In this document: positions 1 through 13,634 of the stretch, one piece after another | Layout of the letters: every line of letters begins with the position of its first letter | Position numbering within the stretch: position 1 is the stretch's first letter | Assembly: GCF_036321535.1 (NCBI RefSeq) | Contig: NC_087437.1 | Span: forward strand, 69,318,001-69,382,000 | DNA from: Camelus dromedarius | Taxonomy: Eukaryota | Direction of reading: 5' to 3' | DNA: 64,000 nucleotides | Notes under the pieces: generated by a model | The model's database searches: none | The model's input: only the letters and a program-made list of their open reading frames with translations | What the model was told of the DNA's origin: nothing | Translations under genes and position numbers: made by a program

Positions 1-2754
1 CTTCTTGTAAAATTGAGGATGGATGGGAGAAACCAGAGGCAACAGGCTGATTCTCCCCTCTAACCCTTTCTCTCTACATCTCATCCTCTTTCCCTAGTTA
101 AATCAAACCAAATTGTCACTATTGCAATTAAGTCCTGCTCAGCATGAGCCTAGTCCACTTCCTGAGCATGGAAATGTATCAAACTTATCCCTCACTTTTA
201 GTAGAGAATGAAGATGCTTTTAAAGACCATCTTGATTTCCTTATAGAAAATACAACAGCAACACATGCATAATCACTTAACTAGCACCCCTTTCCTATAC
301 AACCCTGAACCTTCTTACTGGCAGTGTCAGAAGATTAATTAATAAGACTGTTAATGTGGAAAAGTATCTTTTCTTTTCAGATTGACACCTTTCAGACATA
401 AGTATAACCTATGTTTATTGATTAGTACTAAAATATGACATAGACAATGTGGGGAGATACCCAATAGCCACAGAAAATTCAAAGTTCTATGGTGTGGGAA
501 AAATATGCTCCAAATCACAGTGGTGCTTTAAATGAAATCATCTTCCTCTCAAAAGATGGAGCTAGTATCTTCAGACTTAACAGAGCATCTATCCTACATG
601 AAGAGAGGGTCCATGGGTCCTTGGAACTGCATTCATGCTAAAAATAATAGCAGTAATAGCATTTTATTATTTGTGTGGCATCTTATATTTTACAGCATAG
701 TTTCATATGCAAGTTTAGTCCTCACAAGAGTCCTGTAAGATAGTGTTATTGCACTTGGTTTTCAAACAGTATTTAATACACACTCTAACTGACGTGTTGA
801 ATCTGGCCATTGTATGACTCTTCTGTTTACATTTATAATTACCATGGCTGTCATTCTTTCTCATTGAATTACAAAGTGGGTAATTATCATGAACACTAAA
901 AGAAATGGACTGTCTCACCAACTTTCCTAACGTACACTTTTCTTTGAAAACAGCAAGATGTCAGCTCATGTGAAGCTTGAAAAATAGATTGTAAGAGTTT
1001 CAAAGGAGGTACAAGACGTCTTCCCCTGCCTCTACTCCACTTCCATGCATCATTGATACCCTTTTTCCTTCTTCAGACCTCCTTAAAAATTCTCCTCAAA
1101 GTCTTTTCAGTCTAACTTCCTCTACTTTTCATTTTCCCTCATTTCAGGAATCCCGTAAGTCTCAGGACTATTTCATTTCAAAGCTGTGACTGCTGGTTTT
1201 TCTTTAATATTGATTCCACCACCTGCATTTTCCTTCCCTCCATTTCCCTTTCCCTTTCTCCTTCCCTTTCATTTCCATTTGTGTGTTCAGGGTCTTTTAG
1301 CTTCTTGAGGATGGAATAATTTATTTTACTTATTAGCCAAGATATTTTGTCAGGAAAAAAAAATTCCCTCCTGGGCTTTTCACAAGAGGCAGCCTATCAT
1401 TCTTATTCCATTCTTTAAATCTGTGCTGAGTGATCTCTTCCCCTGGCTAGAAGGGAATAAACAGAGTCCAGAATCATGAGGGACAGAGACAAGACTTTTG
1501 GCAAGATAGAGGGGCTACAGGATAAGAGCCAGTCACCTAGCAAAGGCTGTCAGTTGCCTCCTCTGGTATGTGAACCACATTCTCAAAATATGTTTATTTC
1601 CAAGTCTATGCAAGTTTGTTTAGAAGCCCCAGCCCCTAAGCATCATCCAGTAACACAGCATTTTAAAAAAAATTCCTGGCCAGCACCATGGAACTGGATG
1701 CCAATACGGGGTCTTTTTTTTCAGTCTATTGAATCCTGACCAACAGCCAAGCTACTGTAGGAAGGGAGAACAATTCGGCACATATAAATTGAAAGTTCCA
1801 GTCACCAAGTCCTGAAAATGCCCCTTCTTTATAGTTTAGTACAGGGACTAAAGCAGAGAACTGAGGCTCGGGAAGTTGGAGCCAGTTCCCTTCGGGACCA
1901 GTTGTTGATCATGTGACCCTGAGATGCTTCCCTTCTCAAAGTCTTCATCTCTAAAGTAAAAATATCTGTTCTTTCTTCACTCTGTTGTCATGGTGGAGAA
2001 CAGATATGAATTAGGTGAAATATGTGAAATTTAAAAAGTTGTCATGTGTTAATGTAATACCATTATCACTTTTGTTTTGTCTTCTATGGTATAAATGTTT
2101 CTTGTCAGATTCTGCTTTGTTTTAAGTTGCACCAAAACAGAAAGTTTGTAAAGATTATCAGTAATTGAAGCCACCAGTGTTTTTAGTTCTTTAAATATAA
2201 AAAAAAAAAAAATCCCCTGTAAACACCTGTATTATAGGCTTCATATTTGGCCCAAACTGATTTTCAAGTGATCTTTTTCCTAACCAGGGCCGGTTTTAAA
2301 TAGCAGTAAATGTTTGGAATGTATTCCTGACATCTACCAGAACAGATGATTTTGGAAAAAGGGTAAATGCAGCTAATCTATCAAAGTATATGCAAAACTC
2401 ATTTACAACAGAGTTCAATCATCATTAACTTGTGGAATTTGGGGAAAATGTGTCTCCAGAAATGCTTACTATTTTTAGGTGAAATCTTCATGTGCTTCAT
2501 GTATAACAGATTTCCAAAATTCAATACAGATAATATATACTCAGCAGTCAGCAATATACAAGTAGCAGTATTATTGAACATAATTTTATTTCTTCAGTAA
2601 TTACAAGCAATAAAATATAATAACCAAGAATATATTTTCTTTAGGCAAGCCCATAATTCTTTTTAAAAATATGAAACATTTATATAATTTTCCTAGATTT
2701 GAGACTAGCACAGGCAAAAATCAGCACAGAGAATTTTTCACGTGACATGGACAC

Positions 2755-2950
2755 AATTTGTAGATACTGACTACTGTATAATAAATAAACAAGATCCTAC
2801 TGTATAGCACAGGGAACTATATTCAATACCTTGTAATGGTCTATAGTGAAAAAGAATAAGAAAAGAATATATATAAATAAATGAATCACTATGCTGTATA
2901 CTAGAAATTAACACAACATTGTAAATCAACTATACTTCAATAAAAAAAAA
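2755..2950 (+). mobile_element. 5'-truncated L1 3' end (cetartiodactyl-type 3'UTR) with short poly(A)
   Basis: CCTACTGTATAGCACAGGGAACTATATTCAATACCTTGTAAT...GAATCACTATGCTGTATACTAGAAATTAACACAACATTGTAAATCAACTATACTTCAATAAAAAAAAA; homologous to the minus-strand copies at 11651, 17476 and 32348. Confidence 0.85.
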
Positions 2951-3927
2951 TAAGCTTCCTTCACTTCTACACCTGGTTTTTGTCAGAGACCATAATTAAA
3001 CTAAAGAAGAGACATTTGTCTGGGGAGGGAAGTATACTTTCTGGGCAGCCATGAAAGCTAGTTTCAGGGAGGCCATCATTTGGGAAAAACCAGGCTAGAA
3101 ATCAGGTCTTTTGTGAGAAGGAGACCATTCTGCTTTAGGTGGTGCTCTTGTGTAATTCTGCTTTCTCTGGAAGGCGGACTTCTTGTGACTGGTAATTTAC
3201 CAAGGGGTGACATGTGTCTGTTTGAGGGCAAGGCAGAGGGCTCTCCCACTCTCTCGGGGTTTCTTCTATACCTCTCTTTTCCCAAGGACACATACAATTT
3301 AATATCATTTTAAAATACAGGCCAAAAAATGATGAATCTATTCTTGTGACTCATGTCTGAATTTTATTCAAGTGGCAGGTACTAGCAAAAAGAATCTTAA
3401 TGAAAACTCTCCTACAGTAAAAGGAAAAAACCAGGTGCAAAGACTGGCTGACAGTCTTGCAGAATGAAGCATCACATGCACTTTCCCAGGGCACTGGCAG
3501 AACAGAGGTTTCCTCAGCTGTCCTGGAGGGTGACCCTTGACCCAAAGAGCCACCCATCTTGTTTGAGGCAGATAGTTAACACAAAAAGATTAACGAAGCA
3601 TTCGGTTTGACAGATATACATTCTAATTCAATAAAGATGTATTTATCAAATATCTATTCAGTACAAATGTATTGAGAAACAGCCATTTGCTAGGCCAGGT
3701 GTTGAGTGTTGACTTGTAACTTGATTCACATCAAACGTGGGCAACATTGTCTTCCTAGGAGCTAATTTTGGTAGATACTTATTCAACAGAAAATGGGTTT
3801 CTTGCTTTATCCATGGCCACTATTAGGTCACAATAGAAGAAACTCTTAGTAACTTTGAACCCAGGTAAAATTAAATCAGCAACTCAGAGGTGAAAAGAGT
3901 TATATGTGTGCCCATGTCTCCCCAGAG

Positions 3928-4031
3928 ACCCCTCTCCTCGTGGCTCTTTCTGTTTTACAAATCCCTCCATTCATCTTGTTTATTTCCCTCCACTGAATTC
4001 ATATTCCTGTTTGGTTGCTTTGCAGGTGAGT
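3928..4031 (+). other. candidate recursive splice site (3' splice site immediately followed by a 5' splice site)
   Basis: Pyrimidine-rich, AG-free run 3928-4023, possible branch point CTGAAT near 3993, then TTGCTTTGCAG|GTGAGT with the junction at 4025/4026. Confidence 0.35.
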
Positions 4032-5797
4032 ATGATATCATGAATTGAGGATAATAGCTTCAGGTGGAGAATAAGCAGTAAAAAAAAAATCAGCTAATAG
4101 TTTCATTTAAATATCCTCAGTAGTAAAGAGCGGGAAGAGGAAACCTAGACAATATATAATCTAGGAGCTGAATTATTTTCAAATGGAATAATTTTCAGAG
4201 TTCCACAGAGCGACAATAGCTCTTAAATCACATGAAGGGAAAAGCTTATTTCAGCTTCTGGGTGTGTGTGTGACTTTTTTTGCTCCCCAAAGCTAGAATT
4301 GTTCTGATAATCAGCACACAGAAGGATTGTCCTGCTGGGACTAAATTATAAATAAGGGAAACGTTCAGTGCCCTCAAAGGATTTTACCTGTGGTAATAGT
4401 GCTTTCCATCTTTAATACACTTCACTTTATAGGATTATTGCTTTCAGCCCCTCTTTTAAATGTGCAGTTTTGTCAGCATAGTATCTCATACAGATAAATA
4501 ACATTAAATGGGGCTACAGTGATTATTAAACATAGCAAGTGAAATCTTGTACATCATGGTGCCAATATCATTTAGGTGTCCAAAAGATAGGACAACTTAT
4601 TATATTAAGCAATAAACATCTTTTGTGTGATGAAAATAAGAAGAGGCTGAATTCATCATGTCAACCGGGATATCAATCCTGGGACGTTTGAGGTGACCAT
4701 TAGAGATCTGGCATATGTATACAGGGGTAGACAGATTGTGGTTTCATTCTTTTGTGGATGTATAAAAACTGACACAAGAAGAACAAATGAATCACTATGT
4801 TTAAAGCAAATGTTGAATAAGTATTGGGACAAAAGTAGCCCTGGAAATTCTTGTATCTAGAATGATGCTACCTCCTTAGAAAGTTCAGTATACTATCTGA
4901 ATCAACAAGTATTGACTCACAACATTAGGCACAAGTTAACCATACAAAACTTTCCGCTAGTGTATTAAGGTTCATTTATGTTTATAGATCTAATATTGTT
5001 TGATCTTCCTTATCAGGGACAGTGTTCTATTGCAATTTGCTTGATGATCATTCTATTACACATTCATTGATGCTCAAACCAAGAATCAAAAACTGTAAAC
5101 CCTCCCGCCACTACTGGCTTTTCTTTTGATTCATCTAACTCTGTGTCTTCTGTTGCATATGTACTGACCTGTGGGTGAACAGCATCTGCCATAACCGTGA
5201 CCATTAGCAAATGTGAGAAGCATGAGTGCATTGGAGTCCTGTTCATTCCAGAGTTCCTCCTTGGTGGTCTTTGTTGGTCAGCCCATTCAATATTGGACAC
5301 TCGGCCTGGCTGCCTCTCTCAGCAGGTTGTCTAGGATGTTCTGAATAAGAATTGCCCCACTGAGTCAGCTCTGAGTGTTTGAACTCATATTCTGTTCCTC
5401 ATGGGATTTCTTTACAGACTTCAGTCTTCAAGCTTAATATCTACCACAAAGACCCTCTTTTAAAAATACCTTGTCTATCTGTTACCCATGAAACTTCTTA
5501 ACTCTCTTTTGAGGTATGTTTATTTCCAGTCTAAACTAACTCTTAAAGTAATCCCTAAATTCTTACGTTGTGTAATCATGCATAAAGTAACATATTTAAA
5601 AAAAAAAATCTCAAATGTATCTTTTTGAGGGCTCTACGAGGTACATCCAACCCTAACATAAAGGAAGCAGGTAGATGCATTTACTTTCTAATCCAGATAT
5701 TTCCTAGTTATAGATAACACTCTTTGTACCACCTCCTCTCAAGATTAAAAGAAGTCCTAAACAATAGAGAGGATCTACTAAATTTGTATATACTATA

Positions 5798-6111
5798 CAG
5801 TTGTTCCTCATTTCCATGGGGGTTTGGTTCCAGACTCTCCCTAAAATACCAAAGTCCAAGATGCAAAAGTCCCTTATATAAAATGTTGTAGTATTTGCAT
5901 TTAACCTATGTAATTCCTCTGTATACTTTAAATCAGCCCTCGATGACTTACAATACCTAATACAATGTAATGCTATGTAAATCATTGCTAGCATGTGGCA
6001 AATTCAACTTTTGCTGTTTGGAACTTTCTGGAACTTTTTCCCAAATATTTTTGATTTGTGGTTGGTTGAATTTGCAACCGTGGTAGAACCAAGAGATACG
6101 AGGGCTGACTG
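5798..6111. mobile_element. MER2/MER2B-like Tigger (TcMar) non-autonomous DNA transposon
   Basis: TA-CAG...CTG-TA ends with imperfect TIRs (CAGTTGTTCCTCATTTCC / AGATACGAGGGCTGACTG); internal AAGTCCCTTATATAAAATG and AATACCTAATACAATGTAA motifs. Confidence 0.85.
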
Positions 6112-7990
6112 TATAAAGAAATGTTTCCCTGGAGATAACCATTACTTACGTTTCCAAGGAATAGTTTTTTGAATCCATCAGATCAATTAGCTCTAATACA
6201 GCCCTAAGTCTGGTTGGCCTTAAAATCTATAGTCTTCAGGGTTTTTTTTTTTTTTCTTATCTCCTTATGCATGTGCTTATAAATAGTTCAAATACTTAAA
6301 ATTCACACAATTTCATCTTTATGCATTTCCCCAGTTTGGTTTTATTCAGTTAAATGAAGAATGATCCTACAGCTTATACTGGCTTCCTCCTGTTTCTCTG
6401 TTATGATAATAAAATTAATTGGTATATAGGTCCCAGTTTGGAAGAATGCAGGTAAAAGTAAGAGACATGTATATAGAGAAAGCGAGGGGGAAGAATTTAC
6501 TACCTCATTGTTGCCAATGATGTTTTAAACCTCTTAAGAAACAGATTTTGAACTTTTACCCACAATCCCATTTCAAAAGTCTGGGAAGACTGTTATTTTG
6601 CCTTAATGATTTTTCTGCATTAGTCTAAAAGCCTAAAAAAAAAAGAGGTGAAAAAAATAGAAAGTGGAATGACAACCTGTGTGATTTTTTTCTATTGTTT
6701 TCATGTTTAATAGTTAGATAAGTAACGTTTCTTTAACTTGTAAACCCTCCCTCCATCCCCACCTGCAGACACACAGAATTTTTTCAGAAAAATAACCGAG
6801 GTGATTAAACAAAGGTGGTTTTCAGATGTTATATTATGAAGAAGTGAAACAAAAATTACTTCATGATCATGTTTATAAAAGAACCAAAAAATGTCTTAAG
6901 CAGTTCAAAAAGAAAAGCCTGTGCTGTGGACAACAGTTTCTTGGATGCTATAACCTGCCATTATTCCTGTTTATCATAGAGATACACTCATGTGCAGATA
7001 TAGATATAGGTATAGATATAAATGTTGGTATCTGGTGAGTTAACTAAATTTTGCACATTTAATTTGTTAATGCTAAGAAAAAAGACTACAGCATGCAAAT
7101 ACATTTCATCCTTTCCTACAAAAATATTTTACTTGGAAAATGATGAAAACAAAAATTGAACAAGCAAACAAACAAAAACTTCTTTACCAACTCTAGTGGC
7201 AAGTATCTTTTGCTTTACTGCTTCATCAGTTCCAACCTCATATAGGCTATGATTTTAAGTAGCTTGAGGTATGGGAAAAACCTATTTGTTCAGCACCCAG
7301 TAAGTGCTCAGTAAGTACATTTTAAATTAATTACTGAAATTATAGCACATGGACTGAGGATATTTATTTCATGTAGGTCAACATTTTAAGCATAAAATAG
7401 CATAAGAAAAAAATGTTTAAAAAGTTAAAAAAACAAAACAATGGTCAAGATTTCAGTCAGATAACATTTAATACATAGAAAAGCATCAATTTTATTAACA
7501 TCATTTCCTTTATATCCCCAGTTCTTAATAGCTCCTAACATTTCTTTATTCTTCCATTGCCTAATCATAGTTAACAGAGCAGCAAGATAATACTGAAAAA
7601 ACAAAGAACTACAAACTACACAGTACAATAGCAACTTATTTTTAATCATATTCCAATATAACCTACATGCCTTTCAAATTCTAATACATGGACTAAGTAT
7701 GGAAACTCAGAGCAAAGTTCAAAGGCAGTCAGAAGGGAAAATGTAAATTTTGAAAATAATATACTAAATGTGAGGCAGATCAAGCAGAAAACTTCTTCTG
7801 AGATGATTCACAATGAAGAGGTGAAGTTTGATGAGAAAACAGAAAGTGAGTTGATAGCAAATGACAGAGAAGAGCCAGAGGAGGATCTTAAATTTAGAAG
7901 GAATCTTTGTTATCTGGGGCTACTCTTCTAGCCCATGGTCAAACACATTTTACATGTCCATGGTAGGTCGTGGTCATCTAGGCTCATCTG

Positions 7991-8047
7991 GAGAGAGAGA
8001 CAGACACACACAGACAGAGTCAGAGAGAGACAGAGACAGAAAGAGAA
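7991..8047. repeat. imperfect GA/CA compound microsatellite
   Basis: GAGAGAGAGACAGACACACACAGACAGAGTCAGAGAGAGACAGAGACAGAAAGAGA. Confidence 0.7.
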
Positions 8048-10069
8048 TGCATTACACATATATGTAACTCAAAATTATAAAGTTGTAATTGCACATTCTG
8101 AGATAGATTTCTCCAAGACAGTGAGCAGTCATTAATTTCTATCTGGGACTGAAATTACAAACCTTCCAAAATTTTTGGAGTTAATAATTTTTATTTTATA
8201 GACGAGAGTGCTGATTATCTCTCCCCAAATTCATTTTACTTGAATATTCTACTTCTCTCAGTTTCCTTTTTACATCAACATGAGGGTAGGTTTCTATCGG
8301 TGACTGATCAGAGGTTACACAGCAAATCAATTTAGAAGCCAGGATGAGAATGGGAAGCCATGTTAGTCAAGGATAGGGTGAGGTGGAGGGAGGATTGATA
8401 GGGACAGCAGTTTGTCTGGTGTAGCAGGTCACACATGAACTCACATTTGATATATAGATAAGGTCTTCTGTCCTGCTTATCTCTTTCTAAAATTAAGTGC
8501 TTTAATGACCTTTGGGGGAACAGTGTGCAACTCTAAGTAGTGTTCAAACAATGAATGACAGCACTTAATAACACCAGAAGGACTCATGAAATCCAAGGGA
8601 ACACATTAGCATGTCATAAAGCCCTAGAAATAATTTACCTGATTCTAGAAAGTGCTGCTTCCATGGAAGAGGAGAAAACTAAACAACAAAAAAAGTTTGT
8701 TTATTATGGCTAAGACATTTAAATCAAATAGCAAACCAACATTTTTGGCTTTTCCCCTCCATATTAATTGACATCTAGCACCTATTTAGAATAGATTCTT
8801 ACACATAAAGGATGACATTATATGTATGTGCCTTGCATCTGTGGAGGCTAAAGTCATACAGAAAAGAATGGCTCCACTGGCAGATGAACAGTTATTCCTG
8901 CTGACTTTGAATCAAAACACAACAAAAAGAAGAAAACACCATGAAAAAGAGAAACATAAAACATCAAGATAGTTCAGGGTCTTTGCTTCAAAATAGGGAG
9001 CCAACAACAATTAGGTTAATTCTTTATCAGGAAAATACATCCCCTCATTAGCAGTACCGTATGACAAATCTGAGGATGTGTGCTGAACTGCTAACTGTAA
9101 TCACTGTCAGTTAGCTTGGGAATAATTATTTAGTGAATGCAAGAAGACTAATCTAGATGGTCTTTACATCAAACAGAGGAACTTATCTTTCCCAGTAGAA
9201 GAATATCAGTTCAAAGTCTTGATGTTGTAGGTTTTAGTTTTTGTTTTTTTAGTGTTATTTTTGCCTTTCTCCAAACACTTAATTAGTGGCTTCAGTTTCC
9301 ATGATATAATGGGACTCATGATCAGGCCTCTGTCTATGCAAAAATGCATCACTAGACAGAACAGTTATGAACACATGTATGGTTTCTCTATTTGTTTTTG
9401 TTATATGCATGTTCATTTGTGGTTCTGTAATTCACAAGACATATGCATAAATAGGTGGTTGACATTGTCAAAGACAAAGAGAGAAAATGCACTTCAATAA
9501 TTCCTTTCATCTTTACATCCATCTCCTCTTTCACTCTGCTTTTGCTTTTCTAAAATCCAATCTCCATTTTATCACTGTTTTTTTTCCCTTTCACGATTGC
9601 ATCCCAGCCCATATCCCCCCCATACTCAATTTACATAGAATATATATTCCATTGTACTTTCTTATTTCTCTCCTTAGTTTTTAGCTGTCCTTCTCCGCAG
9701 CAGAAAGGAATTCAGTAATGAGTTTGAGTATCATTATTCAGGAAGACTTCTCCCACAAAACAGTAGTGAAAGTCCAGCTTCTCTTTTAGACTAACCACAA
9801 CTTGGTTCATTATCCCTCAGTGAATTGCATTTTATTCTCTGTCCACAAAGTAGATTTTACTTCTGTGGTACAAGATGAGTATAATCAAATGTCTCCATTT
9901 GTTTCCTCCTGTTAGTGAAGTAGAATATTCTTGTTTAATAATCCTAGAGCACCTAGAACCAACTGCTTGCTAACAAAATCCAGTTCTTTTGTTATTTTCC
10001 ACCTGAATAGACCCTAAAATATGAAACAAACTAACTGGGAATAAGCAAATCTAGGCTATTTCAAGTTCT

Positions 10070-10160
10070 AGCAAACTTGGGGGAAATATTTAACTCCTCT
10101 GAGTCTGTTTTCTCTTCTGTAAAATGAGTACAATCAAGTTATGTATTAGAGATTGATTTT
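10070..10160 (+). mobile_element. MIR SINE core fragment
   Basis: ACTTGGGGGAAATATTTAACTCCTCTGAGTCTGTTTTCTCTTCTGTAAAATGAG resembles the MIR CORE motif. Confidence 0.65.
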
Positions 10161-11650
10161 TAAGTTGAAAAGAATATCATGGTAATTATAGCATATCTTA
10201 TGTTTATCTACTGAAAATAATCTGTATCATATCAGAAAACCTGAATTCTGTTTTTCAGTGGCTTAAATTTCGAGTTAATTCACTTCTTGGTCATCAACTC
10301 TTTATACTGGAACCATGGAACCTCATTATATCATCCTATAACATCGTAGTTTTCTATTTGAGGCTTCAAGGAGTCATTCCTAAAATGTTACTTACAAAAG
10401 GAGCCTATAGTACATATGGTCCCATCCTCTAATTTTACATATGGAGTAATTAAAGTTTGAATAAGTATTCTTTATCTAGATCTCAGAACTAGTGACTAAC
10501 AAAACCTGGACTGCACTTTAAATGTTCATGCCTTTAAATTACGATATTACTTATTATGATAGAACTATATGATACTGCTTATTATAATAAAGCTATTCAA
10601 GTTGGATGTTTGGATAGGTATAGAAGGGCTGGGTTTAGCACTTTAAGATATTACTCAACATGGTCTGTAAAGTGGCGTTCTGTGTTTGCAACTCAAACAG
10701 GATAAACAGGGAGCACTTATGAAAGTCACAGCTAAAAGATTTTCTGTAACTCTTTAACATGTGTTAAACATTAAAGCTCCCTTAGCAAGTCAAATTTATC
10801 CAGGGTCTAGCAATTACAGTGAGTAGGTGCTTCCAGGAAGACATTATCTTACGCCTAATTGAGAGAAACTTAACCAATGTTTCACTTCTTAATCAGTCCT
10901 TGTTGGCCACTGAAGGGCCAAGACTGCTGCTCATGGCACCAGACCCATCTCTGGTATTACTGAAGCCATTCTGACAAACTTAACTGCTAAAACAATCACA
11001 ATCTAGATCTCAAATGCAGTGAAGAAGCTTTGTGGTCCATCTAAACCCACAAACTCAATTGCAGGCAACCCTGCTTGAGTTTCGTGGGGCAGAAGGATGC
11101 TAATTTTGTGGCTATCCAGGAACATGGGGTGCTAACTTGAAGGGAAATTGCCATTTCACGTTGCTCAGTGACAGTCCTCTACCGTTTCTGTGTATCACCG
11201 CATTAAGGTAACAACTTTCATTACAGTGACAGTTTTGTATGACTAAAAGTATCCTAGGTGAGTAATTGACCAATCACATATTATTAGGACATGTTTCATA
11301 CAGGACTCTGTCCTAAAGGTCTATCATGCTTTGGAAAACTCAATATAAAATGAAACAAAACAAACTTTAATTTATAAGCAAATAAATTAGGTATCAGAGT
11401 TCCCAGTCGGCGGGTTGATTATTCAGATTTTAGAATTTTGTCACTTTAAAAATGGTTCAGTACTGAGATTCTTTATAGAGTGCCCATGGGAATGTATATA
11501 TACCTTCATTTACTAAAAATCCAATAAACAGTTGTTCAGGAAGCAATCCATCGCCCAGAGTAAGGCATACTTGTACAATATTTGAGTACTTCTCTTGGCT
11601 TAAGCATTAAGAAAAGCATACCTGTACATACTTTCACAATTACAAATTCA

Positions 11651-11994
11651 TTTTTTAAATTGAAGAATAGTCGATTTATGTGTTAATTTCTGATGTACAG
11701 CATAGTGATTCATTTATATACACACACATATATATATATTTCTTTTCATATTATTTTTTATTACAGGCCATTATAAGGTATTTGAATATAGTTCTCTATG
11801 ACATACAATAGAACCTTGTTGTTTATCCTGTTTTGTGATGATTTTCCTTATAGTTCCAGTTGTACAGAATCTTCTGCCAGAGTTCAGTAGGTATTCTGTG
11901 AGATTTGTTTCACATGTAGATGTACTTTTGATGTATTTGTGGGAGAAGGTGAGCTCTGCATCCTTCTCTTCTGCCGTCCTAAAGCTCCTTCCCC
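11651..11994 (-). mobile_element. bipartite mini-L1: L1 5'UTR head fused directly to L1 3'UTR tail, with poly(A) remnant
   Basis: Minus strand begins GGGGAAGGAGCTTTAGGACGGCAGAAGAGAAGGATGCAGAGCTCACCTTCTCCCACAAATACATCAAAAGTACATCTACATGTG (L1 5' end-like; compare 50512 onward) and joins L1 3'UTR ATAAACAACAAGG... near 11828; candidate TSD ACAAATTCATT (11642-11652) / ATAAATTAATT (11995-12005). Confidence 0.7.
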
Positions 11995-12046
11995 ATAAAT
12001 TAATTGTGATCCTGACCAAGGATTAAAGAGCTATGTGCTTTTTAAG

Positions 12047-12173
12047 ACGATGACCATATATATGTCCTATTTACCCAGGACGATCGCAATTTACATCCTT
12101 ATTCTGAAGTAATCATGAATAGTGCCTCCCTTCATTCTCAAAAGTGTCCTGGTTTGGATAACATGCTCACCTT
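12047..12173 (-). mobile_element. MER94-like hAT-Blackjack MITE
   Basis: TGACCATAT...AATAGTGCCTCCCTTCATTCTCAAAAGTGTCCTGGTTTGGATAA...CTCACCTT matches the recalled MER94 consensus, with degenerate GGGTGACCAT-type TIRs. Confidence 0.7.
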
Positions 12174-13634
12174 ATTGTTAGGGTTGCTGCACAATGGAAT
12201 ATGCTCAATGTCAGACTGAACAGAATGGCATTACAAAAATTCAGCCAGGACTCAAAGCAGTGCCAGTGGGACATTCATCCATTTGTTCATTATGTATTAT
12301 TCAAACTCAAGCAAGTATTCTTTGGGCATTGTGTGTCAATAAATATTTTTGAGCAATTTATTGAGCATTGTGTAGAGGATACCAAAGATCCAAACGTGAT
12401 TTGTAAGTGGGCAATGTATATAGTATGTGTGTTGTGCATCTCATTTAATAAGAGAGTTTGCAATTCACATTGTATAAATGAGGGAATGGTTTTGCTGAGG
12501 TTTCATGTCTTGCTTACTACATAGATCATATATGCAAAAGCTGAAATTTATAGCCACTCATTATTAAAATTGTGTACTTGTCCCTCCATCATTTTTACCT
12601 TAATTTAGGCTTAATTGAGAGATGCATGAACAAACCTTGTGCTTAGTATATGGGACAGAATGGACAGAGATGATGATGAAAAAGGAATGGGTAGAGCCCT
12701 TCTCAACACAGCAGCTTTCGGAGCTTTTGGGACCATCCAGTGGGAAGGCTTGTCTTGGTTCTACCAGGGAAATTCGAACCCATGTAGCTACCCTTAACAG
12801 GGATAGCATAGCATGGTTATCCAGCCCACTGAAAGATCTGTTGTTACATAGATTCTTGAATTGGGTTGGACTGCATTTCATTTACTTTTCAACTCCCTCC
12901 CTCCTCACCCCCAAAAAAGTTACTTCCCACTTTTTTTAACTCAACGGAAATCCTTACTCTCTTATCAACCCTGTCCTTTATTTAGCCATCAAAAGAAGAA
13001 TATTCCTTTAAATGTGCAAGAGTTTCTAAATTCATGAGTGAAGTCCAAAAGAAACAAAAACAAAAATGAAAGAAAATAGAAAAAACAGTGAGAGAAAAAT
13101 GAAAGAACTTTAGAAATCCTGAAACACACCCCAAATTTTGAGGTCAAACCAAAAACAGAGGGATTTTACACTTGTCAAGTTTTCCAAAAAGCAGTGCTTC
13201 TTTCTGATGCCCCACAAATTTGCAGAGCCCTAAGGATGTTAAAGGAGAGGTGCCATGAAACCCTAGGCTCCCACTTGTCAATACCAACATATCAAGAAGC
13301 TGATTGTCTTTTCTTTCTAAACTTCCACCTACCCCCACGAATTCCTCAGATATAGCTAAGAAGGAAAGAAGAAAAAAAAATTTCATGCCTAACATGAAAG
13401 ATAGGGTATGGATTTAAGCCCAGTCTTTGAATTATAGCAATGAAAAGGAATTTTGATTAGCCAAGCGAGAGAGGCATTTGTAGCCAACATGACAGCTTCG
13501 CCCACCAAAAGGAGTTCCTTTTCTAAACTAGATTAACAAGGGGTGGTGGTGTCTTATCTAAATCAGAAGAGGGAAACATTTGCAATAGCTATTATTAATA
13601 GTCTAGGAATATTAGGAGGAGACTGGGAAAAGGA

